Below the pieces are notes generated by a model, which was not told the origin of the DNA, did no database searches, and saw only the letters and a list, made by a program, of their open reading frames with translations. A stretch of 64,000 nt of DNA from positions 1 to 64,000 of IMG/VR virus record IMGVR_UViG_3300017989_000089, one strand, 5' to 3'. Both the position numbers and the translations under genes were made by a program. The DNA comes from a virus. Lineage: Duplodnaviria > Heunggongvirae > Uroviricota > Caudoviricetes. Below, piece by piece: positions 55,205 to 63,469 of this stretch (positions are counted from its first letter, which is position 1; every line of letters starts with the position of its first letter).

Positions 55205-56430
55205 ACGATCACCACTATGATGTCTACGTGGCTGATGGTAAACCGGTGTATGCCTGGGTGAAGGGTGTACCGATCGAGGACGAAGCACTGACACAAGTGC
55301 TCAACGTCTCGAGAATGCCTTTCATCCACCATCACGTTGCGGTTATGCCCGACGTCCATGCGGGGATGGGTGCTACTATCGGATCAGTGATCCCAACAAA
55401 GGGTGCCATCATCCCTGCGGCGGTAGGCGTGGACATTGGTTGTGGTATGCAGGCTTGCCACACCAACTGGGGTATCCACGATCTTCCGAAGGACCTTAGC
55501 AAGCTGCGTGAAGCCATTGAGAAGCTCGTACCCCACGGAAGGACGGATAATGGTGGGCCGATGGACCGCGGTGCGTGGGGAACACCTCCACCGGGCGTGA
55601 ACACCGCGTGGCAGAACGAGTGTGACCCCGATAAGTTGGCTACACTCGTAGCGAAGTATCCTGAGTTGGGAAAGGCGAACTCGACCAGACATCTCGGGAC
55701 TCTAGGTACGGGTAATCACTTTATTGAGATCTGCCTGGACGAAAACGACAGCGTGTGGGTAATGCTCCACTCAGGCTCGAGAGGGATCGGTAACAAGATT
55801 GGTAGCTTCTTTATAAGACTAGCGAAGGAAGACATGAAGAAGTACTATATCACTCTACCGGATCCAAATCTGGCTTACTTTGTCGAGGGTACCACGAACT
55901 TTACCGACTACATACTTGCGGTAAAGTGGGCTCAGAGGTTCGCGCAGGTGAACAGATGGTTCATGATGAACCAGACACTGGCGGCTATGGAGCATGCAAC
56001 CAAGATCCACTGCTATGGAAAGGAGCCGATCATTGACTGTCACCACAACTACGTCGAACTCGAGCATCACTACAACGAGAACATTTGGGTCACTCGTAAG
56101 GGAGCTACAAGAGCTAGAGAAGGCGATTTTGGAATTATTCCAGGATCCATGGGTGCTCGAAGCTATATCGTCCGTGGAAGAGGCGTTCAGGAATCTTTCC
56201 ACAGCTGCTCGCACGGCGCTGGAAGGGCTATGTCTCGTACCGCAGCTAAGAAGCGATTCTCTATCGAGGATCACAAGAAGGCCACCGAGGGGATCGAGTG
56301 CAAGAAAGATGACTCTGTCCTCGATGAAACCCCAGGTGCATACAAGGATATTGACGCGGTCATGGAAGCGCAGAAGGACCTAGTGGAGGTTGTTCATGAA
56401 CTCAAGCAGGTGGTTTGTATCAAAGGCTAG
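55201..56430 (+). CDS. rtcB: RtcB-family RNA ligase (3'-phosphate/5'-hydroxyl)
   Basis: 409 aa. Motifs are MPDVHAGMGATIGSV, GTGNHFIEI, HSGSRGIGNK and CSHGAGR. Size equals E. coli RtcB. Confidence 0.8.
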   Translation: MNDHHYDVYVADGKPVYAWVKGVPIEDEALTQVLNVSRMPFIHHHVAVMPDVHAGMGATIGSVIPTKGAIIPAAVGVDIGCGMQACHTNWGIHDLPKDLSKLREAIEKLVPHGRTDNGGPMDRGAWGTPPPGVNTAWQNECDPDKLATLVAKYPELGKANSTRHLGTLGTGNHFIEICLDENDSVWVMLHSGSRGIGNKIGSFFIRLAKEDMKKYYITLPDPNLAYFVEGTTNFTDYILAVKWAQRFAQVNRWFMMNQTLAAMEHATKIHCYGKEPIIDCHHNYVELEHHYNENIWVTRKGATRAREGDFGIIPGSMGARSYIVRGRGVQESFHSCSHGAGRAMSRTAAKKRFSIEDHKKATEGIECKKDDSVLDETPGAYKDIDAVMEAQKDLVEVVHELKQVVCIKG

Positions 56431-57061
56431 TCTATTACTGGTCTGGTTGACACTTAGTTGCGGGAATTGGCCTATCGAGCCGCCTCCACCTCCACCGCCG
56501 CCTCCTACAACGACGTCTACAACCAGCACTACCACTACGACAACACCAGTAACGACGACCACGACCAGCACTACGACGACGATCGATGATATACAGGCGA
56601 AGGATTACTACACGCTCGATCTTGCGGGAACTTTGCCTGCAGATTACACGCAGGACTGTAGAGACGCCACTGGGATGGTACTGAAGCTCTGTGTGCAGCG
56701 ACAGGAGTTGATATGGCAGGGATACAGAGGTCCGAATAAGGCACGCTATGATTGCAGAGACGAGCTACACGTGATTGGAGTCGACCCTGAAGACCTCGAT
56801 GCTCTTGTTGAGAGAGTGGAGGGTCCTGAAGGACTGTTGGCGCGCCTTGATCGTTTCATCGTGCGGCTACCGATGGAGAACTCTGATTTCCCTGGGCGAT
56901 CGGTCGTGAGGAAGGAATACTACAGAGCGTTCCAGAACGATCTCGTCGCCCACCTGGAAGAAGCAGGGATCTACAATGACGCGACACAAACCGATCCGTG
57001 TCGCCAAACGGAGGCTTACGACAACCTCCAAGGATGGTGCGAAAAATGTTACGCAAACTGA
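56396..57061 (+). CDS. putative lipoprotein with poly-Pro/poly-Thr linker
   Basis: Start ATG 56396 sits behind TGGAGGT. Signal peptide with Cys (LLLVWLTLSC-G), then PPPPPPPPPTTTSTTSTTTTTTPVTTTTTSTTTT, then a Cys-containing globular domain. Confidence 0.45.
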   Translation: MNSSRWFVSKASLLLVWLTLSCGNWPIEPPPPPPPPPTTTSTTSTTTTTTPVTTTTTSTTTTIDDIQAKDYYTLDLAGTLPADYTQDCRDATGMVLKLCVQRQELIWQGYRGPNKARYDCRDELHVIGVDPEDLDALVERVEGPEGLLARLDRFIVRLPMENSDFPGRSVVRKEYYRAFQNDLVAHLEEAGIYNDATQTDPCRQTEAYDNLQGWCEKCYAN

Positions 57062-58500
57062 CACTGGTATTCACGTTCTTGCTCATTGCCTCATTCGCTT
57101 CGGCTGAGGTCGTGGTCAAGAACGGAAAGTTTTGGTTCAACGGTGAGAAGAAGGATATCGTTTGGGGACGTACAAGCTTCAAGCTGGCGAACATCATCAC
57201 CTATCACTACACGGGCCAAGGTGGAGGGAAATACAATCTTGGTTATGCGATGGAATGGGTGAAGCACAACCAGAGACTGTTCGGCAAAGATGTCGTGCTT
57301 CGGGTATTCCTGGAGACTGCCGGGTGGAGTCCGTGCGATGACGAGAACGGTACTCCAGAGAACTGTATGTTCGGAAGCGAGCCAAGAGACCAGGGCTTTT
57401 GGGTACGCGCTCGTTTGAGGGACGGTAACCGTGAAACCGAGGTACACCCTGTCGGTAAAGCAGTGCTCGAGTGGTTCTTCAAGACGAGTCAGGAGACCGG
57501 TTGTGCGTTCGAGCTAGTTATCGATGCGACTCTGAAGCATGACGACATTCCAAAAGGAGAGATTGATCATGTGATTCGTGTAGTCGGTGTCTACATGGGT
57601 GAGGTACTACAACCAAAGTACCCGCAGGCGCTGATCATCCCGAACATGCGAAATGAATGGAACGCACACAACCAAAGCGGACACACGTTGAACGACGTCA
57701 ACATGTGGGCAGTTCGGTGGGACAGGGACAACTATTCCCCGGGCTGGAACGCTCCGAAAATCGTCGATGGTGGCGGGGGCAATACCTTTGCGTTTGATGT
57801 TGGACCGGAAGCTGGCAAATACAGAGCAGGAATGATTCACCCAACACGGGATGGAGGATGGGAGCAGTTTCCCAACCGTGCGCAGATGAATCAACTCCGT
57901 ACCGACGCTCGTGGGATGCCGGTCGGATCCAATGAGAGTATGTACTATGTCGAGCAGGAAGATCGGCCTAGGGCGGAAGGTTGGTACCGTAGTGGTGGAT
58001 GGACAAGCAATTGGTCGATGTACAAACAGCATCTTGAGAGTCTAGAGGCCGGTGGGTTCGATTACATCATCGTCCACGACGAGAAGGGTGTGCAGTGTGA
58101 TTTGAACTGGCCGCGGCCTATGACTCGTGTGGAGCAGTGGGCATTGACGAAGTTCGGCGGAGAAGTCTGTGAAGCCCCGGCTGAGTGTGGAGCTACCGGA
58201 GGGACTTGGGATACTACTACATGTGTGTGCAACTGTCCTGACGGAAAGAACTACGTAGAAGGACAAGGTTGTGTTGGTGACGAGCCTCCACCGCCTCCAA
58301 CTGAGGTCAGCTACGATCGAATCATCAATGAAATGTACATGAGAATCCTCGAGCGACCTGCTGATCCTGATGGATTGGCTGTGTACAACGAGTGGTTGGC
58401 GAGGTGTTACGATCTCCCAATCGATTTCATCCCGTGCTCGGCGATGATAGAGGATATCTTGATCAGGAGCGACGAGTACAAGGAGAAGAACAAGAGGTAA
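57034..58500 (+). CDS. secreted protein (possible glycoside-hydrolase-like enzyme) with Cys-rich C-terminal region
   Basis: Sec signal MVRKMLRKLTLVFTFLLIASFASA-EVV. About 470-aa mature part with NEW/NEP-like and aromatic-rich segments. C-terminus contains CEAPAECGATGG..CVCNCPDG plus a PPPPP stretch. Confidence 0.45.
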   Translation: MVRKMLRKLTLVFTFLLIASFASAEVVVKNGKFWFNGEKKDIVWGRTSFKLANIITYHYTGQGGGKYNLGYAMEWVKHNQRLFGKDVVLRVFLETAGWSPCDDENGTPENCMFGSEPRDQGFWVRARLRDGNRETEVHPVGKAVLEWFFKTSQETGCAFELVIDATLKHDDIPKGEIDHVIRVVGVYMGEVLQPKYPQALIIPNMRNEWNAHNQSGHTLNDVNMWAVRWDRDNYSPGWNAPKIVDGGGGNTFAFDVGPEAGKYRAGMIHPTRDGGWEQFPNRAQMNQLRTDARGMPVGSNESMYYVEQEDRPRAEGWYRSGGWTSNWSMYKQHLESLEAGGFDYIIVHDEKGVQCDLNWPRPMTRVEQWALTKFGGEVCEAPAECGATGGTWDTTTCVCNCPDGKNYVEGQGCVGDEPPPPPTEVSYDRIINEMYMRILERPADPDGLAVYNEWLARCYDLPIDFIPCSAMIEDILIRSDEYKEKNKR

Positions 58501-58605
58501 GTCTTGTGCGGGTTCTCGTATCTTGGTTGGCCGAGATATGGACGTAAGCGGGGTTCCGTCCTCTCTCCCCGGCCCGCTCCAACTTCTGAAAGAAAGGAAG
58601 TAGAA

Positions 58606-58977
58606 ATGAATCAGACTCAGAGGAAATATGCGTTGGAACGCATACAAGGGATCTACAAAGAGAAGGCTGCAGATTTGAAGAAACACTGTGACATCTCACC
58701 GGCTCCCATAACGCATGGAGAGCTACAGAAGCAGATCAAGTCTGGGGCAGTCAAGGTTATTCGTCCGAAGTCGGAGCTATACAAATATGCCGACGTCAAG
58801 GACGTGTTCGATCTGCCCGATGGACTCTTCGAACAAGACGAGATGTTCGACGGGACATACGAAGGGCGCAAGAAGAAACTCGATGCGTACTTCATGAAGA
58901 TCAAAGACGAACTCATGCTTGGAGATGCCGAAGAAGCAGTGAAGCTGATCAAGGCATTCGACAGCGAGAAGTTTTAG
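58606..58977 (+). CDS. hypothetical protein
   Basis: Start is the internal ATG 58606, behind AAAGGAAG. Stop abuts tRNA-Tyr. Confidence 0.4.
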   Translation: MNQTQRKYALERIQGIYKEKAADLKKHCDISPAPITHGELQKQIKSGAVKVIRPKSELYKYADVKDVFDLPDGLFEQDEMFDGTYEGRKKKLDAYFMKIKDELMLGDAEEAVKLIKAFDSEKF

Positions 58978-59069
58978 GGGTAGCTGGGGAGATTGGTGGG
59001 CCCCGCCGGACTGTAACTCCGGACTCGGGAAACCGGGCGTTGTAGGTTCGAATCCTACCTGCCCCACCA
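58977..59069 (+). tRNA. tRNA-Tyr (GTA), class II
   Basis: Acceptor ggggtag/ctgcccc. Anticodon stem ccgga/tccgg, loop ctGTAac. Long variable arm (tcggg-aaa-ccggg). T-arm gtagg-ttcgaat-cctac. CCA. Confidence 0.7.
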
Positions 59070-59079
59070 CAAAAAGAGG

Positions 59080-59322
59080 ATGCCGATGGACAAGGAAGCG
59101 TATAACAAAGAATGGCTGAAGCGCCGAAGACTATCCAAGTGGAAGATGTACACTAAGGCAGTATCCCTCGCTGCCGTCGTACTGATCGCCATCTATTTCG
59201 TGCTCGGTTGGCGTATGGGTTGTGAAACATGTGAGATGCCATTCATGGTCTGGCTCACAGAGCAAGCAACAGTAGCTGATATCTTCGTGACGGCGTTCTT
59301 CCTGCTGTGGTTGACAAAGTGA
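59080..59322 (+). CDS. small membrane protein
   Basis: 80 aa with two hydrophobic helices, behind RBS AAGAGGATG. Confidence 0.35.
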   Translation: MPMDKEAYNKEWLKRRRLSKWKMYTKAVSLAAVVLIAIYFVLGWRMGCETCEMPFMVWLTEQATVADIFVTAFFLLWLTK

Positions 59323-59546
59323 GGGAGATCAGCTTCAACAATGTCGCCTACTGGATGCGCAATTCAGAAGTTGGTGACTGCGTTCCGACACTGAGCAGAG
59401 TGAAGAGTGGACTACCACCGAGATCTCACTTCGAGGCTGCTTACTTGATTGCGATGAAGTGCCTGAGTTGGGATGGCGAGAAGCTGTCTATCACGGAGAA
59501 AGGTGAAGAGGCATTGGCTTTCTTCACTCATACTAAGCCCGCGTAG
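59307..59546 (+). CDS. hypothetical protein
   Basis: 79-aa ORF ending at the start of tRNA-Arg. Confidence 0.3.
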   Translation: MVDKVREISFNNVAYWMRNSEVGDCVPTLSRVKSGLPPRSHFEAAYLIAMKCLSWDGEKLSITEKGEEALAFFTHTKPA

Positions 59547-59612
59547 CGTAGTGGACGACGCGCCCGGCTACGAACCGGGTATACGGAGGTTCGATTCCTC
59601 CCGCGGGCTCCA
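59537..59612 (+). tRNA. tRNA-Arg (ACG)
   Basis: Acceptor gcccgcg/cgcgggc. Anticodon stem cccgg/ccggg, loop ctACGaa. T-arm ggagg-ttcgatt-cctcc. CCA. Confidence 0.75.
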
Positions 59613-59874
59613 GAGGTTGGGAGGGGGATGCGCAGGGAATCCGCTTGGGCAGGACCCTAGGGAACGGGAGCGATAGCTAACCTTGGAGGCTAGTCGCTCC
59701 TATCGTTCTTACTCTGAGGTAGCCACAATCCCGCCCCCTCCCGACACAAGGAAGTTATCATGCGTGATAAGATTTTTCGTATCGGCTGGTGGCAACCGGT
59801 AGACGGCAGTTGGGAATGGCATGAGGAAATCATCGACATCCCTGATGGGGCCGTTAGTGTCGTATTCTTTGCTG

Positions 59875-59949
59875 AGCCTCGTAGCTCACCGGCTAGAGCG
59901 CCGGGCTTTGAACCCGGAGAACCAGGTTCGACCCCTGGCGGGGCTTCCA
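59875..59949 (+). tRNA. tRNA-Gln (TTG)
   Basis: D-stem gctc/gagc. Anticodon stem ccggg/cccgg, loop ctTTGaa. T-arm ccagg-ttcgacc-cctgg. CCA. Confidence 0.75.
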
Positions 59950-60053
59950 CAATCGTTTGCGACAACGGCTGCGGCGTGGTTGGGTGGATGAACATCTCCC
60001 CCAAGATGCTCGGTGCTCCATGTCCCCTATGTAAAGAGGGTAATGCCGTCCCT

Positions 60054-60129
60054 GGCCCCGTAGCTCAGCAGGATAGAGCACTGCCCTCCGAAGGCAAAGA
60101 TCCTGGTTCGAGTCCAGGCGGGGCTTCCA
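60054..60129 (+). tRNA. tRNA-Arg (CCG)
   Basis: Acceptor ggccccg/cggggct. D-stem gctc/gagc. Anticodon loop ctCCGaa. T-arm cctgg-ttcgagt-ccagg. CCA. Confidence 0.65.
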
Positions 60130-60131
60130 CT

Positions 60132-60160
60132 TGACTTTGGATTTCTCAGGATGATACAAT
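60132..60160 (+). promoter_or_regulatory. strong sigma70-like promoter candidate
   Basis: TTGACT, 18 nt, TACAAT lies directly after tRNA-Arg(CCG), followed by RBS CCTAGGAGGA and a 51-codon ORF (60186-60341). Confidence 0.45.
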
Positions 60161-60335
60161 AACCTAAGCGCCTAGGAGGATAGCCAATGTCGAACATATA
60201 TGGAGACTGGGACCAAGCGATCGCCCACAAACGATCGGACCACGTTAAAGTACACCCTTCCATTGCGGCTACCTTCCAACTTCTTTGGTTGCCTCCTAGG
60301 CAAAACGTTATCAAATCAGTAACGAAAGGCAAATT

Positions 60336-60683
60336 ATGGAACTAGTGTATGGAGAGGATCCCCCAGTCCATCCACAATACCGTTTGATGGCTGTCGACAA
60401 CTGGCCATACGCACGAATTGCACAACCTGGGGACAGAGCTTTGTTTTGGTGTGAGCGTCCCGGAGCGGAGCGGTGGAACTTCCCGTTGTGGGCTCCGATT
60501 CCGAAAGGGATAGTGAAGCTCATTGTATCATCTTCAGTGAGGGCACGGGATCTCGTCACACTAGGACCTGATGGCACTGTTACCTACTCTTATTTCGACC
60601 ACGACGTAGATAGGCATATTGCACAAGCGTTGCAGGATGGTAAGACCGGCGACCTTGTTTACTGCTATTGGCTAGGAGGATGA
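60336..60683 (+). CDS. hypothetical protein
   Basis: 115-aa ORF. Confidence 0.4.
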   Translation: MELVYGEDPPVHPQYRLMAVDNWPYARIAQPGDRALFWCERPGAERWNFPLWAPIPKGIVKLIVSSSVRARDLVTLGPDGTVTYSYFDHDVDRHIAQALQDGKTGDLVYCYWLGG

Positions 60684-60684
60684 A

Positions 60685-61029
60685 ATGGCAAGCATAGGTG
60701 GATTTTTCAAAGCGATCGGCGGATTCTTCATTGGCCTGTTTCCTCTGATCAAAAAGCTACTCAGCAACCCGGTGATCAAAGCGATCGTCGTTTCCAAGAT
60801 TGGACAAAAGTGGTATGAGGTCATCAAGGCTCTCATCGAGGCCGCGGATGAAATGGATGATCTTACGAGTGAAGCGAAACATGCGTACGTCGTCAATGAG
60901 GCTCGCATGCGGGGACTCGACACATACACTGCCCCTGATGCCGAACTCGACATGATGATCTCCGGTATCGTTGCAGAGAAGCGCAGACCTGATCGTGTTC
61001 GTGTGTTGACGGAAGAGAGCAGAGCGTGA
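60685..61029 (+). CDS. hypothetical protein (N-terminal hydrophobic segment)
   Basis: 114 aa. N-terminus MASIGGFFKAIGGFFIGLFPLI. Confidence 0.4.
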   Translation: MASIGGFFKAIGGFFIGLFPLIKKLLSNPVIKAIVVSKIGQKWYEVIKALIEAADEMDDLTSEAKHAYVVNEARMRGLDTYTAPDAELDMMISGIVAEKRRPDRVRVLTEESRA

Positions 61030-61391
61030 GCACAATAGAGTTGCCTAAGCTGCGTATCGAGGTAGAAGTCAAAGATACGACACCGTTATCTATCCCGGAT
61101 ACGGAATGGTTCTGCTATGACAGCAAAGGACACTTACATAAATGGCAACTCATTGGTGGGGAGCGCAGACTACCAACTCTGAAACTCGTTGGTGGCTCCG
61201 GCAGATTTTACTATATCTGTAAGAAGTGTGGAGAGCAGGTGAATCCAGTATGGAACTCTTCGCCATCGCAAGCAATGTACGGACCTCGCCACTACTTCGT
61301 AAATGATGTAGAGGTCGACAAGAAGGAATTCGACATGTGGGTGGAGGCATTCCAACGCTTCTGTGAGAAGTACAAGGAGAATCTGCTATGA
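61026..61391 (+). CDS. zinc-ribbon protein
   Basis: 121 aa with CYDSKGHLH...CKKCGEQ. Start overlaps the previous stop. Confidence 0.4.
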   Translation: MSTIELPKLRIEVEVKDTTPLSIPDTEWFCYDSKGHLHKWQLIGGERRLPTLKLVGGSGRFYYICKKCGEQVNPVWNSSPSQAMYGPRHYFVNDVEVDKKEFDMWVEAFQRFCEKYKENLL

Positions 61392-61780
61392 CCGCCGATA
61401 TGCTACTTGCTATGTTAAAGGGTATGTCTCCCTCTGCAAGAGACAACTTGTTGAATAGCATGGACGAGACCTCGAAGGTATCGATCATCCTCATGGATCT
61501 GTTGAATAGGTTGACCAAGCTGTCCAATGAGTTGAGACTCGGTCCATGGGCTACGATGAAGGTACCTGGAACGCTGAGCACGATCGTCATCGACGCCATA
61601 GACAATATCACAAAAGACATGGCTGCTAGGAACAAAGAGAAAGATCCCATGCTTGCAGTGGCCGAGAAAATTCTGAAGGAAATGGAAGGATATGTGTCAG
61701 AAGAAGGACAAGGAAAGAATCGAGATCCTAAGAAGCCGCCTAAGGGCACTCGAGGCAAAGGACCCAAAAACATCCATTGA
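61388..61780 (+). CDS. hypothetical protein
   Basis: 130 aa. Start overlaps the previous stop. Confidence 0.4.
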   Translation: MTADMLLAMLKGMSPSARDNLLNSMDETSKVSIILMDLLNRLTKLSNELRLGPWATMKVPGTLSTIVIDAIDNITKDMAARNKEKDPMLAVAEKILKEMEGYVSEEGQGKNRDPKKPPKGTRGKGPKNIH

Positions 61781-61860
61781 CGAGATCGGGATCGATGCGA
61801 TCAAGACCGAACTCGAGAAGCTGTCAAATGGACTCACCAAGAGTTGGAACATGGTGCTAA

Positions 61861-62043
61861 ATGCGGAGAGTAAATGTTGAGTGCCCTTATGGACATAAGC
61901 AAACGATCTGGCTCGAGGACGGGAAACCGATACCAAGGTGCCCTGTCATGAAGAATGTAGAGCGTTGTGAGGGACGAAGGCGTCAGCCTTGCGGAAGGAA
62001 GCGAAAGGAAGTCAATGCCGAGAAGAATAACGGTCGAGTGTGA
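61861..62043 (+). CDS. zinc-ribbon mini-protein (paralog 1)
   Basis: 60 aa: VECPYGHKQTIWLEDGKPIPRCPVM. Confidence 0.3.
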   Translation: MRRVNVECPYGHKQTIWLEDGKPIPRCPVMKNVERCEGRRRQPCGRKRKEVNAEKNNGRV

Positions 62044-62197
62044 AGCAGGACATCGAGAGGAGATCATCATCGGAGCAAACGACAAGATCCCGCGGTGCCC
62101 TACCTGCAGAAAAAAGAGGGAGATTGTATGGGACGAGAAAGGAACACAGGGAGCACCGGGGTTCAGGGTGAAGGGACTGACCAAGAACTTCCGGTGA
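62015..62197 (+). CDS. zinc-ribbon mini-protein (paralog 2)
   Basis: Start is the internal ATG 62015 (MPRRITVECEAGHREEIIIGANDKIPRCPTCRKK). Similar to the preceding mini-protein. Confidence 0.3.
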   Translation: MPRRITVECEAGHREEIIIGANDKIPRCPTCRKKREIVWDEKGTQGAPGFRVKGLTKNFR

Positions 62198-62389
62198 AAC
62201 CGAAGGCGCTGAGGAAAGAGCACCTACAATTCCTGGATAACCTTCGTGAGTCCGGCGAGACCAACATGTATGGATCCCCTCGGTACCTGCGTGAAGGTTT
62301 TTCAGAGTTGACCAAGAACGATGCATCCGAGATCGTCTCATACTGGATGAAGACGTTCTCGCTACGTCACGGGTGAAGGGAGGAAGCCT

Positions 62390-62617
62390 ATGGACACGAA
62401 ATGCATTTGCGGTAAGGAAATGAGAGTGGAACAAGGCAGCGATGCCGTGCAACTCATTTGCGGCTGTGGTCACCATCGAACGGTGAGTCTGCAGATACTC
62501 AAAGGTAGGGGTCCATCCGATACGCAACCGATCAATCCTGTGCCGAAGCCAAAAGGAATGAGTGAAGTGGAACTCAGGAAGGCTCGAGCAAGAATGATGG
62601 AGAAGGTCTATGAATGA
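62390..62617 (+). CDS. zinc-ribbon mini-protein
   Basis: 75 aa with CICGKE...CGCGHH. RBS GGGAGGAAG. Confidence 0.35.
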   Translation: MDTKCICGKEMRVEQGSDAVQLICGCGHHRTVSLQILKGRGPSDTQPINPVPKPKGMSEVELRKARARMMEKVYE

Positions 62618-62749
62618 CGGAAGTTTCGAGAGGAGATTCAGCCTGATCTTCTGGATCAGTTGGATCTTTGGTGTGATGGGAGGGATACTCGGACTTGCCG
62701 CAATGGCGCTCGTCGTGTATGCTCTCTACCTGCTGGTCACCGGGCAAGT

Positions 62750-62824
62750 GCCCCTGTAGGCCATTGGTAAAGCCACAGGACTTTCAATCCTGGGATCGGG
62801 GTTCGATTCCCCGCAGGGGTACCA
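62750..62824 (+). tRNA. tRNA-Glu (TTC)
   Basis: Acceptor gcccctg/caggggt. Anticodon stem cagga/tcctg, loop ctTTCaa. T-arm cgggg-ttcgatt-ccccg. CCA. Confidence 0.75.
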
Positions 62825-62826
62825 AA

Positions 62827-63108
62827 ATGTTTACTGAAACGCTGTCATCCAATCTGTTATTCAAAGTCTGCGAGAGATGTGGAGGGGACCTATTCAGGAT
62901 TTTCTTTGCACGCAACGGCAATCTCATGTGGTGCTGCGCGAACAAAGACTGCGGGTTCAGGGGGAGGGTGATTGAACTCGTAGGAACAAGAGAAAGGAGA
63001 GAGCATGGCAAGCATGCCGATCGAGCTAGCAGAGCACATCGTCGACAAGATCATCGCGGATCTAAGAAATCGAAAGGGTCTAAGGCAAGAGTGGGATCTG
63101 ATCGATAA
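62827..63108 (+). CDS. zinc-ribbon basic protein
   Basis: Starts 3 nt after tRNA-Glu. Contains CERCGG...CCANKDCG. Basic C-terminus. Confidence 0.3.
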   Translation: MFTETLSSNLLFKVCERCGGDLFRIFFARNGNLMWCCANKDCGFRGRVIELVGTRERREHGKHADRASRAHRRQDHRGSKKSKGSKARVGSDR

Positions 63109-63158
63109 GGAGATCCAGGAAGACATCAAACATACCTGGAGATCAATTATCGAGTACT

Positions 63159-63374
63159 ATGGAGACTGACATGGCTGAGCCTACAAAGAAAGCGCCCGAG
63201 ATCAATCAGTTCATCTCTAACATGATGGGGAGAGAGCGTGAAGCTACCATCCGCGAAGATCGCTGTATGGTTTGCGGAGGTCCTGCGGCGAATTTCCGTG
63301 ACGCCCTTTCCGAGAAGGAGTATACTATTTCCGGCATGTGCCAGAACTGCCAGGATGAAATGTTTGGAGTTTGA
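63159..63374 (+). CDS. zinc-ribbon mini-protein
   Basis: 71 aa with CMVCGG...CQNCQ. Confidence 0.35.
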   Translation: METDMAEPTKKAPEINQFISNMMGREREATIREDRCMVCGGPAANFRDALSEKEYTISGMCQNCQDEMFGV

Positions 63375-63380
63375 TCTAAA

Positions 63381-63456
63381 GGCCCCGTCGTCTAGTGGTC
63401 TAGGATTCCGCCCTCTCACGGCGGCGACATGGGTTCAAATCCCGTCGGGGCTACCA
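63381..63456 (+). tRNA. tRNA-Glu (CTC)
   Basis: D-arm tcgtctagtggtctagga closely resembles bacterial tRNA-Glu. Anticodon stem ccgcc/ggcgg, loop ctCTCac. T-loop ttcaaat. CCA. Confidence 0.7.
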
Positions 63457-63469
63457 ACCACGAAAGGAA

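Noticed and set aside
56470-56590. Short-period DNA repetition (ccgcctccacctccaccgcc...acgacgacc...) that could be mistaken for a repeat array.
   Set aside because: It encodes the poly-Pro/poly-Thr linker of the lipoprotein. There are no regular spacers. Not a CRISPR or satellite.
59690-60332. ORFs 59690-60004(-), 59760-60134(+), 59893-60159(-) and 60027-60332(-).
   Set aside because: They span or are antisense to tRNA-Gln(TTG) and tRNA-Arg(CCG), shown by GVEPGSPGSKPG-type peptides. The 5' part of 59760-60134 (59760-59870) could be a genuine mini-ORF, but it cannot be supported.
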